Shown piece after piece: positions 29,515-38,934 of a stretch of 64,000 nt of DNA (positions within the stretch are counted from its first letter, which is position 1; each line of letters starts with the position of its first letter). The notes below the pieces were generated by a model. It ran no database searches. It had not been told where the DNA came from and worked only from the letters and a program-made list of their open reading frames with translations. The stretch is from an uncultured Desulfobacteraceae bacterium (lineage in GTDB: Bacteria; Desulfobacterota; Desulfobacteria; Desulfobacterales; UBA11574), in assembly GCA_964492995.1 (NCBI GenBank), contig CAZBOB010000001.1:8827-72826 (forward strand). Reading direction: 5' to 3'. A program made the position numbers and the translations under genes.

Positions 29515-29656
29515 GTGTCCATCCATAAACGGCATCTTTCGGCCCCCGGCAGCGTTCTCGCTCGTTTTCAATCCTCGAAATAGCGCGCTATGCCTGCGGT
29601 TGAAAACTCGCTCGGGCCTTGCCGGAAACCAAAATCTACCATTTCTGGATGGACAC
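29515..29656 (+). repeat. Long-hairpin repeat, arm family C, copy C2
   Basis: Reverse complement of 12931-13071. Apical core TTCAATCCTCGAAATAGCGCGCTATGCCTGCGGTTGAA. Begins 9 nt from the imuB start codon. Confidence 0.9.
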
Positions 29657-29763
29657 TAGTTCGCTTAGCTCATCCCACTATATAGCGGGAGAATGTTGGA
29701 ATATTGGAACACTGGCCCCAGTGAAATAGAAAAAAGTTCCAGAAGTATTCGGATAAAAAATTC

Positions 29764-30606
29764 CTACACGATCAAGTTTTGCTCCTTGAGCAGCTCTACC
29801 ATCCTCTGGGCGTTTTCCGGCGCCTGGGCGCGGACATGATTGTTGAAAAAAATGATGCCCCTGCGAGCCCGTTTACTCATGGGTTCAATTTTATTTTGGA
29901 TCCATTCGTGCAGTTCATCGTCGGAATAATTGTAATCAAATTGACGCTGCATGTTCCCCGAACGCCAGCCTTTGGCATTGCGACCGTGAAAGCGCACATA
30001 AAACAGATCCGGGTGGGTTACTATGTCCAAGGCCGGAAACAGGCCCGGCAGATCCGGTTCGTCGACGCTCACCAGGGTAACCCGGCGACGTTCCAATTCG
30101 GCAAACACACGATCATTAGCCCAGGACCGATGGCGGAACTCTATTGCCAGAGGCAGGCCGTCAAGTTTGTCGAGCAAGGCTGCCAGGTATTTGCGGTTGG
30201 GCGGCGTTCGGTGAAACCCGGGGGGCAGCTGGATCAACACGGCGATTAATTGCCCGGTCTGAATTAGCGGCGCCATACCCTCCCGGTAGTTAACCGCATG
30301 GTCCGGCCAGTTTTGGGTGTCGATTTCGTGAGTTAGGGTGCGAGTCAATTTGGCAGCGAATAAAAATTCCTGTGGAACTTGCCGGCGATGACGCTCAATG
30401 GCTTCAGCCCTGGGCATTTGATACCAGGTGTAGTTAAGTTCGGTGATGGGAAACTGCCGGGCATACAGAGACAACATGTTCCCCGACTTTGTGCCGGACG
30501 GGTAAAATCCCGCTTCGACCCACTCTGTATATGAAAAGCCGCTGGTGCCCACAAACAGACGACAGGCGTTGGGGGCTCGTTGCTCTTTAGTAATTATAGT
30601 GGCCAT
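29764..30606 (-). CDS. DUF72 (UPF0759) family protein
   Basis: 280 aa. The N-terminus VGTSGFSYTEWVEAGFYP, followed by FPITELNYTWYQMP and later FRHRSW, are the signature blocks of DUF72 as I recall them. Confidence 0.75.
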   Translation of the reverse strand: MATIITKEQRAPNACRLFVGTSGFSYTEWVEAGFYPSGTKSGNMLSLYARQFPITELNYTWYQMPRAEAIERHRRQVPQEFLFAAKLTRTLTHEIDTQNWPDHAVNYREGMAPLIQTGQLIAVLIQLPPGFHRTPPNRKYLAALLDKLDGLPLAIEFRHRSWANDRVFAELERRRVTLVSVDEPDLPGLFPALDIVTHPDLFYVRFHGRNAKGWRSGNMQRQFDYNYSDDELHEWIQNKIEPMSKRARRGIIFFNNHVRAQAPENAQRMVELLKEQNLIV

Positions 30607-30637
30607 ATTCTACCCCGAACAAGCCCAAACCAAACAG

Positions 30638-30672
30638 GATTGAAAATTGAAGATTGAAGATTGAATAATCGA
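30638..30672. repeat. Tandem heptamer array (GATTGAA AATTGAA GATTGAA GATTGAA TAATCGA)
   Basis: Read directly from the sequence. Lies 32-66 nt upstream of the DUF72 start, in the lexA-DUF72 spacer. Confidence 0.8.
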
Positions 30673-30720
30673 GAAACCATATCAATATTTCATCAGGTTT
30701 TCCCCTTAAATATTCAATAG

Positions 30721-31362
30721 TCAATCGTCAATAGACAATTTCTCGGGTCCTCTCTGGACACCGATCACCTTGCCCTGGACCAGGACCTGGTTGAAATTGT
30801 AATGAACCGGCCTGTAAGCAGGATTTTCGGGACGCAGTTCAATCTGTTTTTCCCTGAGAAAAAAGCGCTTGACCGTTGCTTCTTCCTGATAGATCAGCGC
30901 AACCACAATTTCACCATTCTCAGCAAACTGGCGCGGCTCGCAAATAACCAGATCCCCATCTAAAATGGCCGCATCCTTCATGGAATCGCCGGTTACCCTG
31001 AGTGCAAACAGATTTGAACCCCGGTATATTGCCGCATCAACCACAACGCTGCCGCCCCACTCCTGCTGCGCGTACAAGGGTAATCCGGCGGCAATGTTCC
31101 CCACGATCGGCACCTCCCGCCATCGCATGATGCCGGCCGTTTCCCACGCGCGATTGAGCAGGTGGATCGTGCGGCTATAACGCCCGTCACGCTTGAGAAT
31201 TCCTTTTTTCTCAAGCAGTTTTACAAGCTGAGATATCGCCGCATGGCTTACGCCCATATCGGCCGCCGCCTGCCGCAAGCTGGGCGCTTTTCCGGTTCGG
31301 GTTATCTCACGTTCCAGGTAACTGAAAAACCGTCGCTGTTTTTGTGTTAATTCAGACTGCAT
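30721..31362 (-). CDS. lexA: LexA repressor
   Basis: N-terminal winged HTH (LRQAAADMGVSHAAISQLVKLLEKKGIL), an Ala-Gly cleavage site (NIAAGLP), and the S24 peptidase Ser/Lys pair (GDSM ... VKRF). AGGAGG lies 8 nt upstream. Confidence 0.9.
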   Translation of the reverse strand: MQSELTQKQRRFFSYLEREITRTGKAPSLRQAAADMGVSHAAISQLVKLLEKKGILKRDGRYSRTIHLLNRAWETAGIMRWREVPIVGNIAAGLPLYAQQEWGGSVVVDAAIYRGSNLFALRVTGDSMKDAAILDGDLVICEPRQFAENGEIVVALIYQEEATVKRFFLREKQIELRPENPAYRPVHYNFNQVLVQGKVIGVQRGPEKLSIDD

Positions 31363-31378
31363 AAAACAAACCTCCTTG

Positions 31379-31602
31379 ATTAAACGTCTCGGAAATTCTA
31401 CAATTGATTGAAATTAAAGATTTTTTAATAGCCCCTGGTTTATGCCACTTCCATGGAATGATGGAATACTGGAATGCTGGAATATTGGGATAAGGGCGGA
31501 AATAAACCATTTTAATTGTAAAAAACTCCTTTCCTTCAGCTTGGTTCAGGACAAGCTCACCCATCATTCCATTATTCCAATTGGGGCGAAGCCCCTAAGT
31601 TC
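31379..31602 (-). repeat. GGAAT-rich repeat, family B, copy B3 (forms the lexA 5' leader)
   Basis: Colinear with 5783-6049 on the opposite strand. Its TTGTAGAATTTCCGAGACGTTTAAT end abuts the lexA Shine-Dalgarno sequence. Confidence 0.9.
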
Positions 31603-31619
31603 TATCCAATATTTTTTAA

Positions 31620-31653
31620 ATTATCACAGCAAAATGTAAATGTCAATGTAAAT
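31620..31653 (-). promoter_or_regulatory. Candidate lexA promoter overlapped by a direct repeat
   Basis: On the minus strand: TTGACA (31646-31641), a 15-nt spacer containing TGT, then GATAAT (31625-31620), i.e. an extended -10. The plus strand shows AATGTAAAT twice (31633-31641 and 31645-31653) with a 12-nt period. Confidence 0.4.
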
Positions 31654-32312
31654 ATTAATGTGTAGTATGTGTTGATTGTCAGAAAAGCATGATGGATAAA
31701 TCGAAGTTGTATGCAATCAGAGCCAAGCTCGGATCTGTCAGACTTACACAGGTTTTTTGAGGTGCATGATATTTTCACCTCCTGGATGGATATCTCAGAA
31801 ATCATCAGGGTGAAAACGCTGTTCGCTTTCTCCAAAGTTTTGTTGCCTCTGAAACTTGCATAGCTCTACCTCCTTTTGGTTTGAGATTTATGGAAAAGCT
31901 TCCTGCCGCCTCCTTAGCTGTAAAACACCGGTTGGATAAACGCAAAAAAACTCAAGCGAATGACTTAAAGGACTCTTGAGGAGTCTGACCAAGGCATCGT
32001 GAATTTAAAACCGGCTTGGATCGGAACAAAATTGAACAATATATTGTGGCAGAGGGACGATCGGGGAAACATAATAATTCTCAATATTATTGCCAGGTAC
32101 ATTTTTAGTGTCACATCACTTTGAAATCATTAGATATTTGTCTTTTTTGCAAGGCAAGGTATCTTTTTACATGGCATACTTTAATCTTCCAATCAAACCT
32201 GCCACGATGTGACACATTTTTTCTGGCAATTTTATATTTACGTTCTTTTTTAATCTGTCAAGAGTCCGAGCTATATATTCTTTTAAGATTATTGACAAAA
32301 GGAGGAATAAAA

Positions 32313-32638
32313 ATGGAAGCATTGAAATTTATTTCTAAATTATTTTTCATATTCTCAGTGGTTGCGTTTATGATAATGCCGGCTGTTGCATTTGCTGCCA
32401 CCAGCGCTTCGGTGACATATCAGGTCAATAATCAATTTTATGAGGGGTATTACATTAGTCCTTCCTACCAGGCGCCTTTCGTGCTACTGATTCATGATCG
32501 GGATGGTTTGACAGATTATAAAGTCAAGCGTGCCAACATGCCTTTACCGTTTTTGGTGGAGACCGTTATCAGGGAACTGCCGACAAAAAATCCTGGAAGC
32601 GCTTTATGGAATTCCTTGCGGATACGTTGAAAAATTGA
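32313..32638 (+). pseudogene. Dienelactone-hydrolase-family gene remnant (internal deletion/frameshift)
   Basis: AGGAGG 7 nt upstream, then a signal peptide and VTYQVNNQFYEGYYISP...FVLLIHDRDGLTDYKVKRANM, a typical DLH N-terminus. The catalytic core is missing. A second frame ends in ...KKSWKRFMEFLADTLKN, which resembles a DLH C-terminus. Confidence 0.55.
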
Positions 32639-32691
32639 AATTAATGAATTGTGAGATCGGAGATGAAATCACAATTCCATTAGACAAATTT

Positions 32692-34323
32692 TTATTTTTT
32701 TGAAAGTTTGACCGGTTCGCGTCCGGGTGCGGAAATTCCGCGGCGTTCCAGCAGAGAGCCGTCCTGCCGGTAAAGATCGATCAACGCCTTAAGATAGTTG
32801 GTAAGGGCCTGCACCTCAGCGATCCGGCTGACCAACAGATCCCGTTGAGCTTGAGCCACCTGAAAGCTGGTCGATTTTCCTACTCGCAGTTTTTCGGTTT
32901 CGGTCCGGAGTTTTTCCTCATCGAACCTGCGGGTGACCGATGAGGCAGCAATCTGCTGCTTGGTACGGTTGACCTCAATGTAAGCGGTGCGGACGTCGAC
33001 TTCCACAAGCTGTGAAAGATTTTCCAGAGCTTTTTGCGCCTGCTTCCGAGTCATCAGAGCTCGCCGGTGAAGGGCTTTTGCATCCCGATTATAAATCGGA
33101 TAATTAAATTTGACTCCCGCCAAAGCGTCATAACTGTCTTCGTTGATATTATCAATAGAGTCGCCAAAGGAATTTGCATACCCGCTTTTACCTAGCGTAA
33201 TGAAAAGATCCATTAAGGGCAGCAATCCGTTCCGGGTTTTGACAAGCTCCAGATCGTTGCGTAATATTTCCAACCGGGCCTCGTTTAAAATCGGACTGAT
33301 GCGCATTGATACGGCCACATGAGGCTCAACGCCTTCCAGTTTTATTTCGGGCAAGGTCGGCTGATGGATTAAATCTACTTCCCGCTGCCAGATTCCGGGC
33401 CCCGCGGGATTAAGCAACCGCAGCAGCTGCAGGCGAATAGACTCCTTGTTGGCCCGTGCTTCGATGAGAGCCTGCTCCTGTGCCGCAACTTCGGCCTGAA
33501 CAGCCGCCAATTCAGCTCTGGCCAGTCGGCCGACAGCGATCATGTCTTTGGTTTCGTTGAGTTGCTGACGGGCGACTTTCAGTGACTCCTCAACAATTTC
33601 GATCTGACGCATGGCCAGCGCATAGTCCCAGTAGGTGCGTTCCACCTCCGCCACCAGAAACTCGATAAAACCCCGCAATTCATACTCCGACATGCGCGTA
33701 TCCAGGCGTGCCTGCTGCAGTCGGGCCAGATTCACGTCCGTTCCGTATCCTTTCAACAGCGCCTGGGTAACCGTCATACCCAAGCGGATCGAATAAAAGC
33801 TGTCATCGTAAAGAGACGAGTCATTTATTTGCGTGCCGGCTTCCAGAGCAAACCTCGTGCCGGTCGGGAAATATTGCTCCAGAGAAATAATGCCTTCGGC
33901 TGCATCTTTGGTGAAATCCTCAGTTTCAGATCCAGATCTTGCGAGATTTTCTCCTTTCACCCTGCCAGCAGAGACGTCCGCATTTGTTTCCGGATCAAAA
34001 ACAGCTCTTTCCTGGTCCTCAAAAGTTTGCTGAATCGAGGGATTCAATCTTTGCACCACAAACGAGCGGTTGTTTTCAAGGCAAAGCAAAATGGCTTCGG
34101 TGATGGTGACTTTCAAAGGCCCCGGCGGTATCGTTCGTGCTGCAATCTCTTCGGGTTGCTCGATAGACTCCAAACGCATGAGCACCGATGTGTCAGCGGG
34201 CACATTCGGCCCTACCTCCGTTCGGACAATCCGTTCCGCGACCAACGTACAGGATACCGACACCAACAATAACCCGCAAACGGCAAAAAACCCCGGTAGA
34301 TGATGATAACATCTTGCAAACAT
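32692..34323 (-). CDS. TolC-family outer-membrane efflux protein
   Basis: 543 aa with an N-terminal signal/lipobox-like region (LLLVSVSC). Two OEP-type coiled-coil/beta repeats. Divergent from the MFP-RND pair. Confidence 0.8.
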   Translation of the reverse strand: MFARCYHHLPGFFAVCGLLLVSVSCTLVAERIVRTEVGPNVPADTSVLMRLESIEQPEEIAARTIPPGPLKVTITEAILLCLENNRSFVVQRLNPSIQQTFEDQERAVFDPETNADVSAGRVKGENLARSGSETEDFTKDAAEGIISLEQYFPTGTRFALEAGTQINDSSLYDDSFYSIRLGMTVTQALLKGYGTDVNLARLQQARLDTRMSEYELRGFIEFLVAEVERTYWDYALAMRQIEIVEESLKVARQQLNETKDMIAVGRLARAELAAVQAEVAAQEQALIEARANKESIRLQLLRLLNPAGPGIWQREVDLIHQPTLPEIKLEGVEPHVAVSMRISPILNEARLEILRNDLELVKTRNGLLPLMDLFITLGKSGYANSFGDSIDNINEDSYDALAGVKFNYPIYNRDAKALHRRALMTRKQAQKALENLSQLVEVDVRTAYIEVNRTKQQIAASSVTRRFDEEKLRTETEKLRVGKSTSFQVAQAQRDLLVSRIAEVQALTNYLKALIDLYRQDGSLLERRGISAPGREPVKLSKK

Positions 34324-34645
34324 TATATCAAATCCTCACGAATCCCAATCTCGCCCGATGGCGGTTGGTTGGGTCTAATTTGTAGGTGTTTTTAAAACAC
34401 GTTTGCTATACTATATAGTTTTTTGCTTTACGATGACAACAGAAAACTGCTTTAAACATATGATGCGTCTTTCTACATGCTTGACAGGGAAAAACAGCAC
34501 TAACGGATCGCCATATAAATCCTTTCATCAACCATTTTTTCGTTGCAATATCAGCCCTAAAAGTGCACAATTCCCTCTGTCATGTCAAACTGCATATATT
34601 TTAGAAAAGCACCCATTTTAATGACAAGGGAAAAGGTGTTTTACT

Positions 34646-35860
34646 ATGAAATCAGGCGGCCCTAAAGTTTTTATTCCGGCGGTTCTTCTAATTGGAGCAG
34701 CGGTGGGATCAGTCTGGGTAATTTTCGGTCAATTCCAGAGTCGGGACGGTTCGAACAAAAACGGTAAGACTTCACGACCGGTGCCGGTAGAAGTGGCTCA
34801 GATTCAGCGCAGGCCAATCGCGTTACAGCGAACATTTAGCGGTGAGTTGGAAGCCCTGGCCGAGTTTGTTGTTGCGCCGAAAGTAAGCGGCCGCGTGGAG
34901 CGTGTGATCGTGAATATCGGCGATACGGTAAAGCGGGGACGGGTTGTGGCCGAACTGGACAATGATGAGTATGTCCAGGCTGTAGCCCAGGCCCAGGCCG
35001 ATCTGCTAGTGGCCAGGGCAAAACTGTCCGAGGCAAAGAGCGCCCTGGAAATTGCCAATCGCGAGTTTAAACGCACCGAGTCACTTTTAAAGCGGGGCAT
35101 CGCATCCGATTCTGAATTCGATGCTGCCAGGCAGGATCAACTGGCAAAGCAGGCTCAACTTAAAGTCGCTGCGGCCCAGGTAACGAAGGCCGAATCATCG
35201 CTGGAAACCGCAAATATTCGGCTCGGCTACACCAAGGTAACAGCAGGCTGGACCGGTGGTGGCGAGCATCGCGTTGTGGCTGAGCGCTATGTGGATGAAG
35301 GCCAGACCGTAGCCGCCAACGCGCCCCTGCTTTTGATCGTCGAGCTTCATCCCATCGTCGGGGTGTTTTTCGTCACCGAGAGAGACTACGCATACCTGAA
35401 ACCCGGACAGCTCGTTTCGTTAACAACGGACGCCTATCCTGGCGATCAGTATACGGGCCGCATCGATCGCATTGCCCCCGTTTTCCGCAAGTCCACCCGG
35501 CAGGCGCGGATCGAAATGACCATTGACAACCCACAGCATCGACTTAAACCCGGCATGTTCATCAGGGCCACAGTGGTATTAGCCCAGGTGCCGGAGGCCA
35601 CCATCGTCCCGGAACAAGCGTTGACCATCCGTGATGACAAGAGCGGTGTTTTCATCGTTAGTGAGGATGAACGATCGGTAGCCTGGCGCGAAGTAAAAGT
35701 GGGCATTCGCGAAGGCGACCGGGTGCAGGTGGAAGGCGAGGGGCTGTCCGGTCGGGTCGTAACCCTGGGGCAGCAACTGGTAGACGACGGCTCTCCAATC
35801 ACGATTCCTGCCGAGCAGAACAAAACCGCTGCCGGTCGCGAAAAGGTTAACCCCCAATGA
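34646..35860 (+). CDS. RND efflux periplasmic adaptor (membrane fusion protein)
   Basis: N-terminal anchor, lipoyl-like hairpin motifs ([29 protein letters not shown]), a coiled coil, and a beta-barrel. Has a 4-nt overlap with the RND gene. Confidence 0.85.
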   Translation: MKSGGPKVFIPAVLLIGAAVGSVWVIFGQFQSRDGSNKNGKTSRPVPVEVAQIQRRPIALQRTFSGELEALAEFVVAPKVSGRVERVIVNIGDTVKRGRVVAELDNDEYVQAVAQAQADLLVARAKLSEAKSALEIANREFKRTESLLKRGIASDSEFDAARQDQLAKQAQLKVAAAQVTKAESSLETANIRLGYTKVTAGWTGGGEHRVVAERYVDEGQTVAANAPLLLIVELHPIVGVFFVTERDYAYLKPGQLVSLTTDAYPGDQYTGRIDRIAPVFRKSTRQARIEMTIDNPQHRLKPGMFIRATVVLAQVPEATIVPEQALTIRDDKSGVFIVSEDERSVAWREVKVGIREGDRVQVEGEGLSGRVVTLGQQLVDDGSPITIPAEQNKTAAGREKVNPQ

Positions 35861-38800
35861 ATCTCCCGAGTTTCAGCGTCAAACGCCCGATTTTCACGAC
35901 AATGGTGACCCTGATTTTGGTTATCCTCGGAGCCGTCTCTCTGAGCAGGCTGCAGATTGACATGTTGCCCAACATCGAACTGCCGACGCTGAGCATCCGA
36001 ACGAATTATGAAGGTGCCAGTCCCGAGGTCATGGAGCGTCTGGTGACTCAGATTATTGAAGAGATCGTGGCCACGGTGCCCGGGGTAGAGGAAATCACGT
36101 CATCATCCTCAGAGGGACGAAGCACGGTTCGGGTCAGTTTCGTGTGGGGCACGGAAATCGACACTGCAGCGATTGATGTTCAGGGCAAACTCGAAGACGA
36201 GATCAACGAGTTGCCGGATGATATCGTCAGGCCCCGCATCCGAAAATTCGACATCGCTAGTTTTCCGGTAGTCCTGTTGGGAATTTCCAGCAATCTCGAT
36301 CCAGTGGAACTCACGGAACTGATCGAAGTCCAGATCCGTTACCGCTTTGCCCGCATTCCGGGTGTTGCGCAGGTTGACGTTTGGGGAGGCTTCAACCGAG
36401 AGGTCCGGATCGAACTGGATATTGACCGGATCAAGGCCGTGGGTCTGCCTCTGGACCGGGTGCTCGAGGCCATTCGCGACGCCAACCTCGATCTTCCGGC
36501 GGGCAAGATCGAACAGGGACGTTATGAGGTCACGCTGCGCGCACCGGCCGAGTTTATCAACCTCTATCAGATTCGAGACACGGTCATCGTCCAGCGTGAC
36601 GGTGCCGCCATAACGCTGGGTCAAATCGCCGAGGTCAAAGACACCTATGAGAAGCTGACGCGCATTGTACGCGTTAACGGTGGGCGCGGACTTCGAGTGG
36701 CTATTCGCAAACAGGCCAATGCAAATACGGTCGAAGTGTCTAAACGCATCCTGGCTGAAATTGAAGCGGTCAACCAGGCCTTTCCTCAGATCAACGTTGT
36801 TCCGATCATCAACCAGGGCAATTTCATCGAGCGGTCAATAGCCAACGTTGCCCGCTCGGTACTTTACGGGGGCGGGCTGGCAATTGTGGTTTTGCTCTTT
36901 TTCCTTCGCAACATCCGAAGCACGCTGGTGATTTCCCTGTCGATTCCGATCTCAATCGTGACCACTTTTGCGTTAATATTCTTCGGGGGATTCACGCTCA
37001 ACCTGATGACCCTGGGCGGGCTAGCCCTGGGGGTGGGCATGATGGTCGACAGTTCCATCGTCGTGCTCGAAAACATTTTTCGCCGTCGCAGTGAGAATGG
37101 CGAAGCGCCGGAGGAAGCATCGGTGGAAGGTGCCCAGGAGGTCGGGACGGCAATCATCGCCAGCACTATAACCACGCTGGTAATTTTTCTGCCGTTGATT
37201 TTCGTCCGCGGCGTCTCGGGTATCCTCTTTAAGGAGTTGGCGTATGTGATCATTTTTGCACTGATCTGTTCGCTGACGGTGGCACTGAGTCTGGTGCCCA
37301 TGCTGGCGTCCAGGCTCCTGACGTCAAGCCAACAGCGGCCCAAGGAGCCGGCATCTCGAATGAACCGCTGGGCCGCCGCTACCAATTCCGTCTTTTCGGG
37401 TATAGAAAACGCATATCTGGATTTGTTGCGTTGGGTCTTGTACCATCGCATGGTCACCGTCTTTGCGGCTGCTGCAGTGCTCGGCGCAAGTCTGCTGCTC
37501 TTGCCCCTGATCGGCAGTGAATTTTTGCCCCCTAGTGATGAGGGTGAGGTTCGTGTAACCGGTGAGATGGAAATCGGTACCCGGCTTGAGCTGGTCGATC
37601 GACAGACACGCATAATAGAGCAGATCATTCAACCGGCCGTGCCCGAGGCAGTGGCATCGGTGGTTAGTGTCGGCGCCTCCGGCTGGCGGGCTGACGCGGG
37701 CTCAGAGGGTGAAATACGCATGTCTCTGCTTCCGGCCGCCCAACGCAAACGCTCCAATGTAGAAATCGCCCAAGATCTTCGGCGCCGTTTGGACGGCAGG
37801 GTCCCCGGAATGGAGATCCGAACCCGAGCACCGCAGGGTCAGTTTTTACTTGAACGGCTCCTGGGCGGTGACGAGGGGCTGACCATCGAGATCCGCGGCT
37901 ACGATCTTGCTACGCTCGATGCTCTTTCTGGGAGGGTTGCGAAGTTGATTGTGGATGTGCCGGGCATCACGGACGTTCAGAGCAGTCTCGAAGCCGGTAT
38001 ACCCCAGCAGGAAATCCGCGTGAACCGTGATAAAGTCGCGGATCTCGGTCTGAGCGTTCGCGACGTTACCCAGCTCCTGCAAACCGCGGTGGCCGGTTCC
38101 AAAGCCGGCGAATACCGAACCGGGGGCAATTCCTATCGTATTCTGGTGCAGCTCAAGGATGCTGAGAAACGCTCCTTAGACGAAATTCTCAACCTTACGC
38201 TGACAACTGCATCCGGTGAAAAGGTGGCGCTGCGTAATGTCGTCACGTCCGAACCAAGCCGCGGTCCGATTCTGATCGACCGCAAAGACCAGCAGCGAAT
38301 GGTGACGGTTCGCGCCAACGTCGCGGGGCGCGATCTGGGATCTGTGGCCCTTGACGTACAGGCTCTGTTAGATCAAATTCTACACCCCGTTAGCTATGAT
38401 CTGACGGTCGCCGGTAATTTCGAAGAACAGCAAAAGGCCTCCAGGGAACTGGTCATCTCACTCGTTCTGGCTTTGGTCCTCGTATATATGGTGCTGGCCT
38501 GTCAATATGAATCGTTACGGGATCCGCTGGTCGTCATGTTTTCCGTTCCTTTGGCGGCGGTAGGCGTGCTGGTGACTTTGTTTATTACGACAACGACGCT
38601 GAATGTGCAGTCTTACATCGGATGCATTATGCTGGGGGGGATCGTAGTTAACAACGCGATTCTTTTGGTGGACCAGACCGGTCGATTGGTTCACGACGGG
38701 ATGCGCACACGCGATGCCCTGACCGAGGCCGGTCGTCGCAGATTGCGGCCGATTCTGATGACGACATTGACCACCATCCTCGCCCTACTGCCGCTGGCAC

Positions 38801-38934
38801 TCGGCATCGGCGAAGGATCTGACGCCCAGGCTCCTTTGGCACGGGCAGTTATAGGAGGCCTCACTGGATCCACGCTGATAACGTTGGTACTTATCCCGAC
38901 TGTCTATTCATTGTTTCATCCCGACCCGAGATAG
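35857..38934 (+). CDS. RND-family efflux transporter permease (AcrB/HAE-type)
   Basis: 1025 aa. The N-terminus [27 protein letters not shown] is typical of the family, with a 12-TM architecture and two large periplasmic loops. Confidence 0.9.
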   Translation: MNLPSFSVKRPIFTTMVTLILVILGAVSLSRLQIDMLPNIELPTLSIRTNYEGASPEVMERLVTQIIEEIVATVPGVEEITSSSSEGRSTVRVSFVWGTEIDTAAIDVQGKLEDEINELPDDIVRPRIRKFDIASFPVVLLGISSNLDPVELTELIEVQIRYRFARIPGVAQVDVWGGFNREVRIELDIDRIKAVGLPLDRVLEAIRDANLDLPAGKIEQGRYEVTLRAPAEFINLYQIRDTVIVQRDGAAITLGQIAEVKDTYEKLTRIVRVNGGRGLRVAIRKQANANTVEVSKRILAEIEAVNQAFPQINVVPIINQGNFIERSIANVARSVLYGGGLAIVVLLFFLRNIRSTLVISLSIPISIVTTFALIFFGGFTLNLMTLGGLALGVGMMVDSSIVVLENIFRRRSENGEAPEEASVEGAQEVGTAIIASTITTLVIFLPLIFVRGVSGILFKELAYVIIFALICSLTVALSLVPMLASRLLTSSQQRPKEPASRMNRWAAATNSVFSGIENAYLDLLRWVLYHRMVTVFAAAAVLGASLLLLPLIGSEFLPPSDEGEVRVTGEMEIGTRLELVDRQTRIIEQIIQPAVPEAVASVVSVGASGWRADAGSEGEIRMSLLPAAQRKRSNVEIAQDLRRRLDGRVPGMEIRTRAPQGQFLLERLLGGDEGLTIEIRGYDLATLDALSGRVAKLIVDVPGITDVQSSLEAGIPQQEIRVNRDKVADLGLSVRDVTQLLQTAVAGSKAGEYRTGGNSYRILVQLKDAEKRSLDEILNLTLTTASGEKVALRNVVTSEPSRGPILIDRKDQQRMVTVRANVAGRDLGSVALDVQALLDQILHPVSYDLTVAGNFEEQQKASRELVISLVLALVLVYMVLACQYESLRDPLVVMFSVPLAAVGVLVTLFITTTTLNVQSYIGCIMLGGIVVNNAILLVDQTGRLVHDGMRTRDALTEAGRRRLRPILMTTLTTILALLPLALGIGEGSDAQAPLARAVIGGLTGSTLITLVLIPTVYSLFHPDPR

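Noticed and set aside
31602-31835. A 77-aa minus-strand ORF, and two mini-ORFs (18 and 7 codons) with good Shine-Dalgarno sequences, upstream of the lexA promoter region.
   Set aside because: The 77-aa ORF runs through the predicted promoter and the AT-rich direct repeats, and has a TTG start. The mini-ORFs are too short to evaluate without conservation or expression data.
36864-37628. Long antisense ORFs inside well-supported genes: 254 aa here, plus 4841-5401, 26504-27058, 27474-28052, 46163-46747, 41518-42084 and 36109-36624.
   Set aside because: Each is embedded opposite a gene with strong family motifs, and their translations are low-complexity (Arg/Ser/Pro-rich). They are typical shadow ORFs.
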